Assembly (NCBI GenBank): GCA_023443725.1
Contig: JAEZTF010000010.1
Location: forward strand, 29,948 to 93,947
Direction of reading: 5' to 3'
Origin: Candidatus Parcubacteria bacterium
Lineage (GTDB): Bacteria > Patescibacteriota > Microgenomatia > UBA12405
Length of the DNA stretch: 64,000 nt
A program made the translations under genes and the position numbers. How positions within the stretch are numbered: position 1 is the first letter of the stretch; each line of letters starts with the position of its first letter. Of the stretch, positions 8,732 through 18,880 are shown piece after piece. The notes beneath the pieces were generated by a model. That model was not told the DNA's origin. It was given only the letters and a program-made list of their open reading frames with translations, and did no database searches.

Positions 8732-11146
8732 GTGATTATAAATACTTTATTGAAGAAATTTTATTTTTTATTTTTCTTAATTTTACCATTCGTTTTACCA
8801 TATGACGTTTTAGCAGAAAATTATTTAGTCGATAATTTTGATTCTTTGGGAAACTGGGTTTTTATTCCTAGTAGTACATCTGATTTTAATAGTTGGTCTG
8901 TGTCAAATAATAAATTGATAGGTAATATAAACAGAAAAGGTAGTTCACTTTTAATATCAAAAATGAATAACTTTGGTGAAAATTTAGATTTCAGTTTTAA
9001 TGGGACAAATATTAATGGTATTGATCAAGAAGTTTTATTTGGTGTAAAAGACTTAAACAATTACTATGTTTTGAATACTAGATTTGAAGAACCTTCATGG
9101 TCTCAGGATAAAAATATTAATCAAGTTGTTTTATGGAAATATTATTCTGGTACTTATCATGAAATGAAAAGGATTGAACTTAAAAATTTTGGTATTAATT
9201 TAGAGAAAAATGTCGCTTATGAATTTTCAATAATCATTAGAAATAATGAGATTGTAGTTTATATTAACGATATTTTAATATTTTCCATTGTTGATCAAAA
9301 TTTATTTTATGGCGGTGTTGGTTTTTGGAATTGGGGAGGTGATTATAGTAAAACAGTTAATTATTATTCTGATTTAAGAATTAATTCATTTTTGACTCCA
9401 ACTCCTACCCCTATTCCAACCAACACTCCGTTCCCTGATCCTACATTAACACCAACATTGGCACCGACTATAACACCTACTCCAACACCAACTTTTACAC
9501 CTACACCAACGCCTACTCCGATACCAATTCCTAAAAAAAAGATTTTTATATTACCAGGATTAGGGGCGAGCTGGAACCCGGAGGCAATTGTTTACAATAA
9601 AAATGTTAGTAATAATGATTGGAAAATGACTCCTTTTGTTAATAATTATGATGGCTTGATTGAGAATTTAGAAAAAAATGGTTTAGTAAGAAATCAAGAT
9701 TTCTTTGTTTGGAATTATGACTGGAGAAGATCAATTAGTGAAAGTGAAAATAATTTTAATATTTTTCTAGAAAGTAAAAATATAAGTAATAATGATGAAA
9801 TTTATTTAATAGGTCATAGTCTTGGTGGTGTTGTGGCCAGAATATGGGGACAAGAACATTCAAATGATCAAAGATTAAAAAATATAATTACTTTAGGTTC
9901 TCCTCATTTAGGTTCTTTGGACGTATATACTGTTTGGAATGGTGGCAAAGTGGCTAATTCAAAAGGATTAAGTTCGGTAATTTTTCAAATTTTATTAAAC
10001 TTACAAAATAAAGGTTTTATTACTGATCTAGATAAATTAAGAGCTTATGCCCCAGTGGTTAAAGACTTATTGCCTACTTATGATAATTATGTTTCTAGAA
10101 ATGGTATTTTATTAAAACAAAATCAATTGGAAACAAAAAATAATTTTTTAATAAATAAAAATAATCAAGTTAGTAAAATATCAGATAAATTGTTTTTATC
10201 GACTGGTGTTGGATTTTCAACTCCAAATATAATTAAATTAATCAACAGGTCGGTTTTTGATAAAACTTTTGGTTTATGGCCAGATGGAAAATTTGTGGGT
10301 TATGGTTATGAAAATGGTGATGGTACTGTTTTAAAAAATAGTGCTAGTTTTGGTTCAACTGAATTGACTGAATTAAACTCTGATCATGGTGAAATTGTAA
10401 ACAACTCTTTGACATTCATAATGTCAAAACTTGGTTTAGAGAGTAAGAAAGTTGATTTTATTTATAATGATAATTTTGCTAATAGTTTGATTGTTTTTGT
10501 TGGTTCACCAGCGACTGTGTCTTTAAAATGTGAAAACGATATTTTAAATGAAGTTGATGGTTTTGTAGTTATAAATAATAAAAATTATAAAGATTGTAGT
10601 TTAAATCTTAATCCCATTGATAATGGGACTGTTCATTTGGTAGTTGGAAATACTAATAATAACGATTGGAATTATATTGAGAAAAAAGTCTCATTAAGTA
10701 ATAAAGAGAAAGTAATTATTAATTTTTCTGATGGATCGATAAAAATTGATAAGTTAAATAAAGATTTTTTAATCTCTTGGATAAAATCTGACTTGCAACA
10801 AATTAAACTAGATAGTGCTATTAAATATTTAGAAAAAGGAAATTTAAACCAAGTGGTAAAGATGGTATTTGTTTATAGATGGAAAACAAAAGAAATGATT
10901 GTTAGTCAAAGAATTTTAAATAATTTGTTTATTTTAGGATCGATAAATAAATCAAACAAGAAAAATATAAATTATAAGTGGATATATATAAATAAAGATT
11001 ATTTAAGTAAAAGAATAAAAAATAATCGTTACTCTGCTTATAGTTTTGATAAATTAAATAAATTTATTGAATACAAAAAATATCCGGATGAAGAAATGGC
11101 TAGATCTTTTTTTGATGGATATTTAATGGAGGCTTTAGGAAATTAA
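8732..11146 (+). CDS. Secreted multidomain protein: jelly-roll/lectin-like N-domain, Thr/Pro linker, LCAT/PGAP1-like alpha/beta-hydrolase (lipase/acyltransferase), C-terminal region of unknown function
   Basis: Signal peptide. TP-rich linker encoded at 9395..9532. WNYDWRRS and the YLIGHSLGG (GxSxG) nucleophile elbow. The N-domain assignment is inference. Confidence 0.65.
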   Translation: MIINTLLKKFYFLFFLILPFVLPYDVLAENYLVDNFDSLGNWVFIPSSTSDFNSWSVSNNKLIGNINRKGSSLLISKMNNFGENLDFSFNGTNINGIDQEVLFGVKDLNNYYVLNTRFEEPSWSQDKNINQVVLWKYYSGTYHEMKRIELKNFGINLEKNVAYEFSIIIRNNEIVVYINDILIFSIVDQNLFYGGVGFWNWGGDYSKTVNYYSDLRINSFLTPTPTPIPTNTPFPDPTLTPTLAPTITPTPTPTFTPTPTPTPIPIPKKKIFILPGLGASWNPEAIVYNKNVSNNDWKMTPFVNNYDGLIENLEKNGLVRNQDFFVWNYDWRRSISESENNFNIFLESKNISNNDEIYLIGHSLGGVVARIWGQEHSNDQRLKNIITLGSPHLGSLDVYTVWNGGKVANSKGLSSVIFQILLNLQNKGFITDLDKLRAYAPVVKDLLPTYDNYVSRNGILLKQNQLETKNNFLINKNNQVSKISDKLFLSTGVGFSTPNIIKLINRSVFDKTFGLWPDGKFVGYGYENGDGTVLKNSASFGSTELTELNSDHGEIVNNSLTFIMSKLGLESKKVDFIYNDNFANSLIVFVGSPATVSLKCENDILNEVDGFVVINNKNYKDCSLNLNPIDNGTVHLVVGNTNNNDWNYIEKKVSLSNKEKVIINFSDGSIKIDKLNKDFLISWIKSDLQQIKLDSAIKYLEKGNLNQVVKMVFVYRWKTKEMIVSQRILNNLFILGSINKSNKKNINYKWIYINKDYLSKRIKNNRYSAYSFDKLNKFIEYKKYPDEEMARSFFDGYLMEALGN

Positions 11147-11180
11147 ACTCTGTTGACTATTTTGATTTTTTTTTGCTAGA

Positions 11181-11750
11181 ATGCAGTCTATGGTGAAAAG
11201 TGGAGAAAATTTGAATGCCCCCATTAATTTAAAAGATTATCTTAGAGTAGTTCCAAATTGGCCGGAAAAAGGAGTAAATTTTATAGATATAACTACGGTT
11301 TTGGAAAATAGAAAAACTTACAGTGAAACAATTGATAGAATGACACAATTAGTTTTAGATCTAGGTCAAGATGTGGATAAAATTGTGGCTATTGACGCAA
11401 GAGGTTTTGTATTTGGTGGTGCCATTGCTAACAGACTAAATCTCGGTCTTTCGTTAGTCAGAAAACCGGGGAAATTACCATACGATACTATTAGTGAAGA
11501 ATATGAAAAAGAATATGGTAAAGATACTCTCATAATGAATGTAGACACAATAAAACCAGGTGAAAAAGTAGTGATTGTGGATGATCTCTTGGCTTCTGGT
11601 GGAACAGCAGAGGCGGCAGCTAAATTGGTTGAAAGAGAGGGTGGTGAAGTTGTTGGAATGATCTTTATGGTGAATTTACCTTTCTTGGGTGGAAGTGAAA
11701 GATTAAGTCAATATAATCCAAGATGGTTAGTTGAATATGATTCGGAGTAA
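11181..11750 (+). CDS. apt: Adenine phosphoribosyltransferase
   Basis: KIVAIDARGFVFGGAIA and the PRPP motif VVIVDDLLASGGTAEAA. An alternative ATG lies at 11190. Confidence 0.9.
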   Translation: MQSMVKSGENLNAPINLKDYLRVVPNWPEKGVNFIDITTVLENRKTYSETIDRMTQLVLDLGQDVDKIVAIDARGFVFGGAIANRLNLGLSLVRKPGKLPYDTISEEYEKEYGKDTLIMNVDTIKPGEKVVIVDDLLASGGTAEAAAKLVEREGGEVVGMIFMVNLPFLGGSERLSQYNPRWLVEYDSE

Positions 11751-11756
11751 ACTTTT

Positions 11757-12797
11757 TTAAAGTTTACTTATTTCAATCATCAATTCTTCCAATATTTTTT
11801 CTTCAGGTACGGTTTTTAAGACAACACCTTTTTTAAAAATGACGCCTTGATGATGACCACCAGCAACACCGATATCGGCTTCTTTGGCTTCCCCTGGTCC
11901 ATTAACCACACAACCCATAACGGCAACAGTAATTTTTTTATCTATACCGACTAATGCTTTTTCAACTTTATTGGCTAATCCAATTAAATCAATTTCGGTT
12001 CGACCACAAGTAGGACAAGAAACAAAATTAACTCCCCTATCTCGTAACTTTAAAGATTTTAATATTTCCCAACCAACACGAACTTCTTCAACTGGATCTC
12101 CAGTTAAAGAGACACGAATCGTATCACCAAGTCCTTCAAAAAGCATGATTCCTAAACCAACGGAACTTTTTATAGTGCCACTATTCAAAGTGCCTGCTTC
12201 AGTGATACCAAGATGAAGTGGATAATCGACTTTTTGAGAAAGCAGTCGATAAGCTTCAATAGTTCTTTGAATATCAGAAGCTTTTAAAGAAATGACAATA
12301 TCGTGGAAATTAAGTTTTTCTAAGATTTGAATATGTTTTAGAGCACTTTCAACCATAGCTTTAGCAGTTCGACCATATTTTTCTTCTGCTTCTTTCTCTA
12401 AAGAACCAGTATTGATACCAATACGAATAGGAATTTTTTTATCTTTACATGCGTCAACAACTTTCTGAACATTTTCATTAGAGCCAATATTGCCTGGATT
12501 TATACGAACTTTATCAACTCCATTTTTGATTGATTCTAAGGCTAATTTATAATCGAAATGAATATCAGCAACTAAAGGAATATTTATTCCTTTTTTAATA
12601 TCTTTAATGGCTTTGGCAGCAATCATATCAGGAACAGCAACGCGAATAATTTCACAACCGGCATTTTCTAATTTTTTTATTTGAGAAACAGTGGCTTTAG
12701 CGTCTCGAGTGTCAGTATTGCACATGGATTGAATAGAAATTGGATTACCACCACCAATTTTTATATTATCTACTTGAACAGTTCTAGTTTTTTTCAT
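11757..12797 (-). CDS. ispG: 4-hydroxy-3-methylbut-2-en-1-yl diphosphate synthase (MEP pathway)
   Basis: [27 protein letters not shown] and a C-terminal CPTCGR plus GCVVNGPGE Fe-S cluster motif. Confidence 0.9.
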   Translation of the reverse strand: MKKTRTVQVDNIKIGGGNPISIQSMCNTDTRDAKATVSQIKKLENAGCEIIRVAVPDMIAAKAIKDIKKGINIPLVADIHFDYKLALESIKNGVDKVRINPGNIGSNENVQKVVDACKDKKIPIRIGINTGSLEKEAEEKYGRTAKAMVESALKHIQILEKLNFHDIVISLKASDIQRTIEAYRLLSQKVDYPLHLGITEAGTLNSGTIKSSVGLGIMLFEGLGDTIRVSLTGDPVEEVRVGWEILKSLKLRDRGVNFVSCPTCGRTEIDLIGLANKVEKALVGIDKKITVAVMGCVVNGPGEAKEADIGVAGGHHQGVIFKKGVVLKTVPEEKILEELMIEISKL

Positions 12798-12833
12798 AAT
12801 TAATTAGTCGTACTTTTTTAAATTTTCCTTTGT

Positions 12834-12909
12834 TGGTGGTCGCTACAGGACTCGGACCTGTGACAACCGCAATGTGAATGCGGTGCTCTACCAACTGAGC
12901 TAAGCGACC
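12834..12909 (-). tRNA. tRNA-Val (anticodon CAC) with genomically encoded CCA
   Basis: The reverse complement folds as GGTCGCT...anticodon loop TT-CAC-AT...T-arm...AGCGACC-A-CCA. Confidence 0.9.
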
Positions 12910-12944
12910 TAGTATTTCGTAATTATATCAGTTAGAATGAACTC

Positions 12945-13538
12945 ATGAAAAATGTTTATAAAAATCAATCTGGATTCGCTTTAGGAAAATTTTTATTGGA
13001 ATTTATTCAATCAATTGTTTTGGCTTTGTCAGTGTTTGTTTTAATTTATTTGTTTGTGGCTCAACCAAATGAAGTTAAAGGTACTTCGATGGTTCCTAAT
13101 TTTTTAGACAAAGAATTTCTATTAACAGAAAAAATTTCTTATCAGTTTAAAGGAGATCCACAAAGAGGAGATGTAGTAATTTTTAAAGCACCAGCATCGG
13201 AATCTTGTTCAGAAGAAGGTTGCGAATATATTAAAAGAGTGATTGGAATTCCTGGTGATCGAGTTATGGTGAAGGATGGTCAAGTTTATTTGAATGGAGA
13301 AGTATTAGATCAATCCTTTTTACCCAACGGTGTAATCACCGAGGCCGGATCATATTGTCAAGAAGGTTTGGAGGTTACCGTTCCTGCTGGAAAGTATTTG
13401 TGTTTTGGTGATAATAGACCAAATTCAAGAGATGGTCGAGAGTTTGGTCCTATAACTCGTGATTTAATTATTGGCAAAGCTTTTCTTAAATATTGGCCAG
13501 TGGATTCAATCGGATTAATTCCAAAAGTATCTTTTTAG
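12945..13538 (+). CDS. lepB: Signal peptidase I
   Basis: GTSMVPNF (catalytic Ser), YIKRVIGIPGDRV (catalytic Lys box), GDNRPNSRDGR. Confidence 0.9.
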   Translation: MKNVYKNQSGFALGKFLLEFIQSIVLALSVFVLIYLFVAQPNEVKGTSMVPNFLDKEFLLTEKISYQFKGDPQRGDVVIFKAPASESCSEEGCEYIKRVIGIPGDRVMVKDGQVYLNGEVLDQSFLPNGVITEAGSYCQEGLEVTVPAGKYLCFGDNRPNSRDGREFGPITRDLIIGKAFLKYWPVDSIGLIPKVSF

Positions 13539-14377
13539 TTATTGGTAAGGTCTTTTTTACAAATTTGTTTATAAAGATCTTTGAGGTTGTCGAATCTGTG
13601 ATCTACACTACCTTTAAATTGGAAAGTTACTTGAGTGACAATATTGGTTTGAGTGATTTTGACATTGGTAGTATTGTCTTTAAAGAATGTTTTGAAGTCG
13701 GAGCTGATATTATCTAATTTGGATTTTAAAAACTGAGGAATATTTTCTTTGGTGATTGGCACAGTTCCCTCTTCGATTTTTTTACGCATTCGACGAGCAA
13801 TATCTTCAGCTCGACGAACAGAAGCTTTTTCACGAAGAACTATTTTATAAGCCTCAATCATAAGTCTAGTATCTCCAATACTAGATAAGGCTCTAGCATG
13901 GCCTTCACTAATAAGTCCAGATAAAAGACCATCTTTTATAGCGTCTGGAAGAGTAAGCAATTTAAGACAATTAATGACATAAGGAACACTTTTACTGACT
14001 TTTTTGGCTATCTGATGATTGTCAAATTGAAACTCTTCTTTAAGTCTAAGAAATGCTTTGGCTCGTTCTATTGGGTTTAAATCTTTTCTTTGGACGTTTT
14101 CCACAATAGCCATTTCTAACATTTGTTGTGGATTGGTTTCTTTGATAATAGCTGGAACAAATTCTAGTTTTAATATTCGAGCAGCTCGCCAACGACGTTC
14201 TCCGGCAATTATTTGAAATCCAGCAGGAGTTTTAGCAACAATTAATGGTTCTAAAATACCATGTTCTCTAATTGATTCAACTAATTCTGTAACTGATTCT
14301 GGAGAAATAATACCGCGAGGTTGAAGAGGGTTTGGTTCTAATTGATTAGTAGGAATTTGAGTTACTTGTTTCATCAT
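13535..14377 (-). CDS. parB: ParB/Spo0J chromosome-partitioning protein (no adjacent parA)
   Basis: LEPNPLQPRG, GILEPLIV, IIAGERRWRAA (ParB box II), then an HTH region. Confidence 0.9.
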   Translation of the reverse strand: MMKQVTQIPTNQLEPNPLQPRGIISPESVTELVESIREHGILEPLIVAKTPAGFQIIAGERRWRAARILKLEFVPAIIKETNPQQMLEMAIVENVQRKDLNPIERAKAFLRLKEEFQFDNHQIAKKVSKSVPYVINCLKLLTLPDAIKDGLLSGLISEGHARALSSIGDTRLMIEAYKIVLREKASVRRAEDIARRMRKKIEEGTVPITKENIPQFLKSKLDNISSDFKTFFKDNTTNVKITQTNIVTQVTFQFKGSVDHRFDNLKDLYKQICKKDLTNN

Positions 14378-14383
14378 GAAACA
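14367..14383. promoter_or_regulatory. parS-like 17-bp palindrome TGTTTCAT-C-ATGAAACA overlapping the parB start codon
   Basis: Each half-site matches the canonical parS half (TGTTTCAC/GTGAAACA) at 7 of 8 positions, but one central base is inserted. Confidence 0.4.
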
Positions 14384-14444
14384 AGGTTACTATGAAAAAG
14401 TCCGTGAAAAAAGGAGGGTAAAATAATTCAAACAATATCAGAAA

Positions 14445-14696
14445 TTAAGCTTTGATGACAGAAACAAAACTTTTGCCTAGTTTTTTGAAGAATTTGACAA
14501 TTCCTGGTTTGATAGCGTAGATTGTATAATCTTTGCCTGTTTTTGTGCCAGGGCCACCTCGAAAACTAGAACCGACTTGTCGAACAATAATTTGACCAAC
14601 ATCTATTTTCTGGCCACCAAATTTTTTAACTCCTCGCCTTTGCCCAGGACGATTGGCTTTTTGATTTGTTTTACCTTGTGTTTTTTTATGTGACAT
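14445..14696 (-). CDS. rpmA: 50S ribosomal protein L27
   Basis: MSHKKTQGKTNQ...GQIIVRQVGSSFRGGPG pattern. Confidence 0.95.
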   Translation of the reverse strand: MSHKKTQGKTNQKANRPGQRRGVKKFGGQKIDVGQIIVRQVGSSFRGGPGTKTGKDYTIYAIKPGIVKFFKKLGKSFVSVIKA

Positions 14697-14698
14697 AT

Positions 14699-15013
14699 TT
14701 AGTTAGAGATTTTGGTAATTTTAATTTCAGTTAATTGATGACGAAAACCAGTTGTTTTACGATATCTAGATTTGCCTTTATATCGGAAAATTCTAACTTT
14801 ATCGCCTTTATAATTTTTGACGACTTCAAATTCGACTTTGGCGTCTTTAACTGTTGGGGTACCGACTTTAATATCTTTTTCATCAGATGTTAAAAGAACT
14901 TGATCACAAGTAGATTTTTCACCTTCTTTTAAATTTAGAGTGGTTACAGATAATTTTTGATTTTCTGTTACTTTGAATTGAGAGCCACTAATGGCAATAA
15001 CTGCGTGTTTCAT
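14699..15013 (-). CDS. rplU: 50S ribosomal protein L21
   Basis: MKHAVIAISGSQFKV...RIFRYKGKSRYRKTTGFRHQLTEIKI. Confidence 0.95.
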   Translation of the reverse strand: MKHAVIAISGSQFKVTENQKLSVTTLNLKEGEKSTCDQVLLTSDEKDIKVGTPTVKDAKVEFEVVKNYKGDKVRIFRYKGKSRYRKTTGFRHQLTEIKITKISN

Positions 15014-15021
15014 ACTTTTCG

Positions 15022-15049
15022 ATTATAACATAGGAAAAAATGTTGACAA
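15022..15049 (-). promoter_or_regulatory. Putative sigma70-type promoter (TTGTCA-16 nt-TATAAT) ending 8 nt before the rplU ATG
   Basis: Read on the minus strand: TTGTCAacattttttcctatgtTATAATcgaaaagtATG. No SD sequence. Confidence 0.4.
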
Positions 15050-15051
15050 GC

Positions 15052-16050
15052 TCAGGATGAATAGATAATTCCAATTGAAAATAATAAAGTCATTATTGAT
15101 GATCCACCAACAGAAATAAATGGTAAAGGAATACCAGTTACAGGAAGGATACCAATGTTCATACCTATATTAATAAACATTTGTATCCAAATTTGAAAAG
15201 CAATTCCTAAAATAAATAAAAATAACGGTTTATTGTTGGTAGTATTAAAAGCTTTTTTAAATAAATTTGTTAACAACAAGAAATAACCGGTAAAAATAAT
15301 TAGAATACCAACAAGGCCTAACTCTTCAGCCGTGGCGGCAAACATAAAATCTGTGTGTTTTTCTGGTAAAAATAATAATTGTCCTTGAGTTCCTTTTCTG
15401 TAGCCTTTACCAAAAATTCCTCCAGAACCAACAGCTATTTTGGATTGAATAACATTGTACCCTTTACCTAATGGATCAGACAATGGATTTATAAAATTAA
15501 TTATCCTATCTTTTTGGTAACCATGAAGAATATATTTGTAAACAAAAGGTGAAAGAGCGATGAAACATATACCTAAAATAAGTGATAATTTAAGTATTTT
15601 TTTATCATAAAAAATCACCGGAATAATTAAACAAAGAACCGATATAGCACTGCCTAAGTCTGGTTGAAGCATGATTATGCCCACTGGAATTAAATGAAGC
15701 AAAGGTAAGTTTGAATTGGCTAAAACTAACATAAGCCATGGCTTAGTTACTTCAGATGGTTGGATGGTAGTGCCAGCTATATTAATCCATCGTCTAGAAC
15801 CACGAGTTATATTGTTTAATAAAATGGGTAATATTAAAAAAACACAACAAACTATAAATATAAGCCACTTTGAAGAATTAATTTGTTTAACGTTTATTTG
15901 TTTTCCTAAAAAAAATAAACCAACCCCAATCCCCCAAGCAATTAATTGTTTTGCAACTAATGATGGGGCAATCGAGCTGATCATTAGAATATTGATACAA
16001 AAAAGAATACCAAAACTAATCAAAAGCGAAAGTTTGCCTTCTTTAAACAT
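15052..16050 (-). CDS. rodA: SEDS-family peptidoglycan glycosyltransferase (RodA-like)
   Basis: Polytopic. IQPSEVTKP, LQPDLGSA, FLPEKHTDFMFA and GIPLPFISVGGSS are SEDS hallmarks. It lies outside the dcw cluster, hence RodA rather than FtsW. Confidence 0.75.
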   Translation of the reverse strand: MFKEGKLSLLISFGILFCINILMISSIAPSLVAKQLIAWGIGVGLFFLGKQINVKQINSSKWLIFIVCCVFLILPILLNNITRGSRRWINIAGTTIQPSEVTKPWLMLVLANSNLPLLHLIPVGIIMLQPDLGSAISVLCLIIPVIFYDKKILKLSLILGICFIALSPFVYKYILHGYQKDRIINFINPLSDPLGKGYNVIQSKIAVGSGGIFGKGYRKGTQGQLLFLPEKHTDFMFAATAEELGLVGILIIFTGYFLLLTNLFKKAFNTTNNKPLFLFILGIAFQIWIQMFINIGMNIGILPVTGIPLPFISVGGSSIMTLLFSIGIIYSS

Positions 16051-16059
16051 TATTTAATT

Positions 16060-18867
16060 TTAGTTTATTTTTTCAATTTTGAGGGAATCGGATTGTTTAA
16101 TGCTTTGGCCTAATGTTTTGGAAAGGATTTCTTTTTCAAATTGGCTAGGCCAATTTGGGGCAAAAATTATGATTTTGTCTTTTAAATCCAAGTTGGCTTC
16201 TTTTCGAAGACTTTGAATTGAACGAATTAAATCTCTAGATTCTCCTTCTGCTTTTAGTTCTGGTGTGATGTTTGTGTCTAACAAAACAGATAAATTGTCG
16301 GATGATTTAACAATTTCTATAGTTTTTACATTAATTTCATTTTTTATAATTTCTATTAATTTTTCAGATAAATCTAATTTTTGATTAGTAGAAATAGTTA
16401 GTTTAGACAAAGGTTGACGAGTGCTAATATTTTGAGTTTTTCGAATCATATTCCCCTGCTCACAAATTTGTTGAACTAAAATCATATCATTAGCTAATTT
16501 TTCATTGAATTGGTCAACATTTGGATAATTTTCCAAATGAATGGATTCTGATTTGGTAGAATCAATATTAACAACTAAATTTTGCCAAAGAGTTTCAGTA
16601 ATAAAAGGAATGATTGGAGCGACGGCTAGACTAAATTTAACCAAAACTTGCCAAAGAGTTTGTAAAGCTTGTTGGTCACCTGTGGCAAATCGATCGCGTG
16701 ATTGACGGATATACCAACGAGAAAGATCGTTAATAAAAGGTTCAATTAATCTAGTAGCATTGGGAAGATTATATTCTGTTAAATTTTTTTCTAGATTAGA
16801 AATAAAATTATTAGTTTGATTTTCGATCCATTGGTCAAGAACATTATCAGAATTTTGTGTTTCTAAGTTTGGAGAAAAATCAAAAAGATTAGCGTAAGTG
16901 ATGAAATACTTATACGAATTCCAAAGTGGTAATAATATATTTTTGACTTGATTGTCGAATTCTTTTTCATCTAGATTAATATTTTCTCCAACCATAATGA
17001 CACTACTCATAAGATAAAGTCGCATAGCGTCGCCACCATATTTTTGAAGAACCATTTTTGGATCTGGATAATTTTTGAAAAGTTTACTCATTTTTCGACC
17101 ATCATTCCCCATCATGGTACCGGTGACAACACAATTCTTGAAACTTTCTGATTGAAATAATGTGTTGGATAAAACATGAAGAGTGTAAAACCAACCACGG
17201 GTTTGACCAATATATTCGACTATATAATCGGCAGGAAAGCTTTTTTCAAAAAATTCTTTATTCTCAAATGGATAATGCACTTGAGCATAAGGCATAGCCC
17301 CTGATTCAAACCAACAATCTAAAACTTCAGGAACGCGGTGGGCTTTTTTCCCACATTTATCACAAGTGACGGTAACTTCATCAATATCTGGTTTATGAAG
17401 ATTAGTGATTTTTTGTCCCGATCTTTTCTCCAATTCAGCAATACTAGATGGAACGAACCTTTCACCACATTCACATTCCCAAATTGGAATTGGTGAAGCC
17501 CAAAAACGAGATCGAGATAAACACCAATCTGGTGCTGTTTCTATCCCCTGTCCAAAACGACCATCTTTTATATGATCTGGTACCCAATTAATATTTTGGT
17601 TGGTAGATTTCATTTTATCTTTGACTGATTGAACATTGAGATACCAAGCACTTTGAGATTTATAGATTAATGGAGTACCACAACGATAACAAAATGGGTA
17701 ACTGTGAGTAATCAAATCTTGTTTAAAGAGTAAATTGCGACTTTTTAAATCCTCAATAACTAGTGGATCAGCTTTTTTAACAAAAAGATTAGCAAATGGT
17801 TTGACTTGATCAATAATTTTACCTTCATCATCAACATGGTTAATTAAAGATAATTTATTTTCTTTTCCAAAATTAGAATCATCTTCACCAAAGGCAGGAG
17901 CAATATGAACAACGCCGGTACCATCAGTCATAGAAACAAAATCAGCATGATAGATTTTATAATCGTTTTGTCCAACTTCAAAAAAGTTATAAAGTGGTTT
18001 GTAAGAAAGTCCAATCAATTCTTGACCTTTAAAATCTCTAATAAGCTCATATGGTTGATTATCAACCACTACTTCAATTCTGGCTTTTGCTAAAATTAAA
18101 TTTTGCTCATTTAATTTGATTTCAGAATAAATTTCATCTTTATTAACAGCAAGAGCAAGGTTGGCGGGAAGAGTCCAAGGAGTAGTTGTCCAGGCTAAAA
18201 CATAAGCATCACGATCTTTTAATTTAAACTTAATGGAAATAGCTGGATCTTCAACATCTTTATAGGAATTATCCATAGCAATTTCAAAATTTGAAAGTGG
18301 GGTGGAACATCGAGGACAATATAAAGAAATTCGGTTACCTTTATAGATTAATCCCTTTTTATAAATTTCTGAAAATACCCACATGACAGATTCCATGTAT
18401 GGTAAATCCATGGTTTTATAGGCATTTTTTAGATCTACCCAACGACCAACATGATCAATATACCAAGGCCATTCTTGAGAAACATTTTGAACATAATCAT
18501 AACAAGCATCAATATATTTTTTGATACCAATTGATTCAATATCTTTTTTATTTTTTAAACCAAGTTGTTCTTCAACTTTATTTTCTGCTGGAAGTCCATG
18601 ACAATCCCAACCCCAAACACGACGAACCCTTTTACCTTTCATAGTCCAAAATCTTGGAACGACGTCTTTGGCAATACTAGAAAGCAAATGTCCATGATGA
18701 GGCATGCCGGTAATGAATGGAGGACCATCATAAAAACTATATGCATTTTCTTCTGAACGAGATTCGACTGATTTTTCAAAAATCTTTTTATCTTGCCAAA
18801 ATTTAATTATTTCTTCTTCAAGAGAAGGAAAAGTTATGTTTTGAGGAACTGATTTAAATTTTGGCAT
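16060..18867 (-). CDS. ileS: Isoleucyl-tRNA synthetase
   Basis: PPFITGMPHHGHLL (HIGH), KMSKL (KMSKS), a CP1 editing region and 935-aa length. Confidence 0.95.
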   Translation of the reverse strand: MPKFKSVPQNITFPSLEEEIIKFWQDKKIFEKSVESRSEENAYSFYDGPPFITGMPHHGHLLSSIAKDVVPRFWTMKGKRVRRVWGWDCHGLPAENKVEEQLGLKNKKDIESIGIKKYIDACYDYVQNVSQEWPWYIDHVGRWVDLKNAYKTMDLPYMESVMWVFSEIYKKGLIYKGNRISLYCPRCSTPLSNFEIAMDNSYKDVEDPAISIKFKLKDRDAYVLAWTTTPWTLPANLALAVNKDEIYSEIKLNEQNLILAKARIEVVVDNQPYELIRDFKGQELIGLSYKPLYNFFEVGQNDYKIYHADFVSMTDGTGVVHIAPAFGEDDSNFGKENKLSLINHVDDEGKIIDQVKPFANLFVKKADPLVIEDLKSRNLLFKQDLITHSYPFCYRCGTPLIYKSQSAWYLNVQSVKDKMKSTNQNINWVPDHIKDGRFGQGIETAPDWCLSRSRFWASPIPIWECECGERFVPSSIAELEKRSGQKITNLHKPDIDEVTVTCDKCGKKAHRVPEVLDCWFESGAMPYAQVHYPFENKEFFEKSFPADYIVEYIGQTRGWFYTLHVLSNTLFQSESFKNCVVTGTMMGNDGRKMSKLFKNYPDPKMVLQKYGGDAMRLYLMSSVIMVGENINLDEKEFDNQVKNILLPLWNSYKYFITYANLFDFSPNLETQNSDNVLDQWIENQTNNFISNLEKNLTEYNLPNATRLIEPFINDLSRWYIRQSRDRFATGDQQALQTLWQVLVKFSLAVAPIIPFITETLWQNLVVNIDSTKSESIHLENYPNVDQFNEKLANDMILVQQICEQGNMIRKTQNISTRQPLSKLTISTNQKLDLSEKLIEIIKNEINVKTIEIVKSSDNLSVLLDTNITPELKAEGESRDLIRSIQSLRKEANLDLKDKIIIFAPNWPSQFEKEILSKTLGQSIKQSDSLKIEKIN

Positions 18868-18880
18868 ATAGTGTATTTTA

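Noticed and set aside
9395-9532. Tandem DNA repeat or minisatellite (ACN-CCN periodicity).
   Set aside because: It is the coding sequence of a Thr/Pro-rich interdomain linker inside ORF 8732..11146. It is imperfect at DNA level and is not an independent repeat feature.
13535-15051. A replication origin near parB and rpmA-rplU.
   Set aside because: I saw no cluster of DnaA-box-like 9-mers (TTATCCACA or close variants) and no dnaA/dnaN. The intergenic regions are very short.
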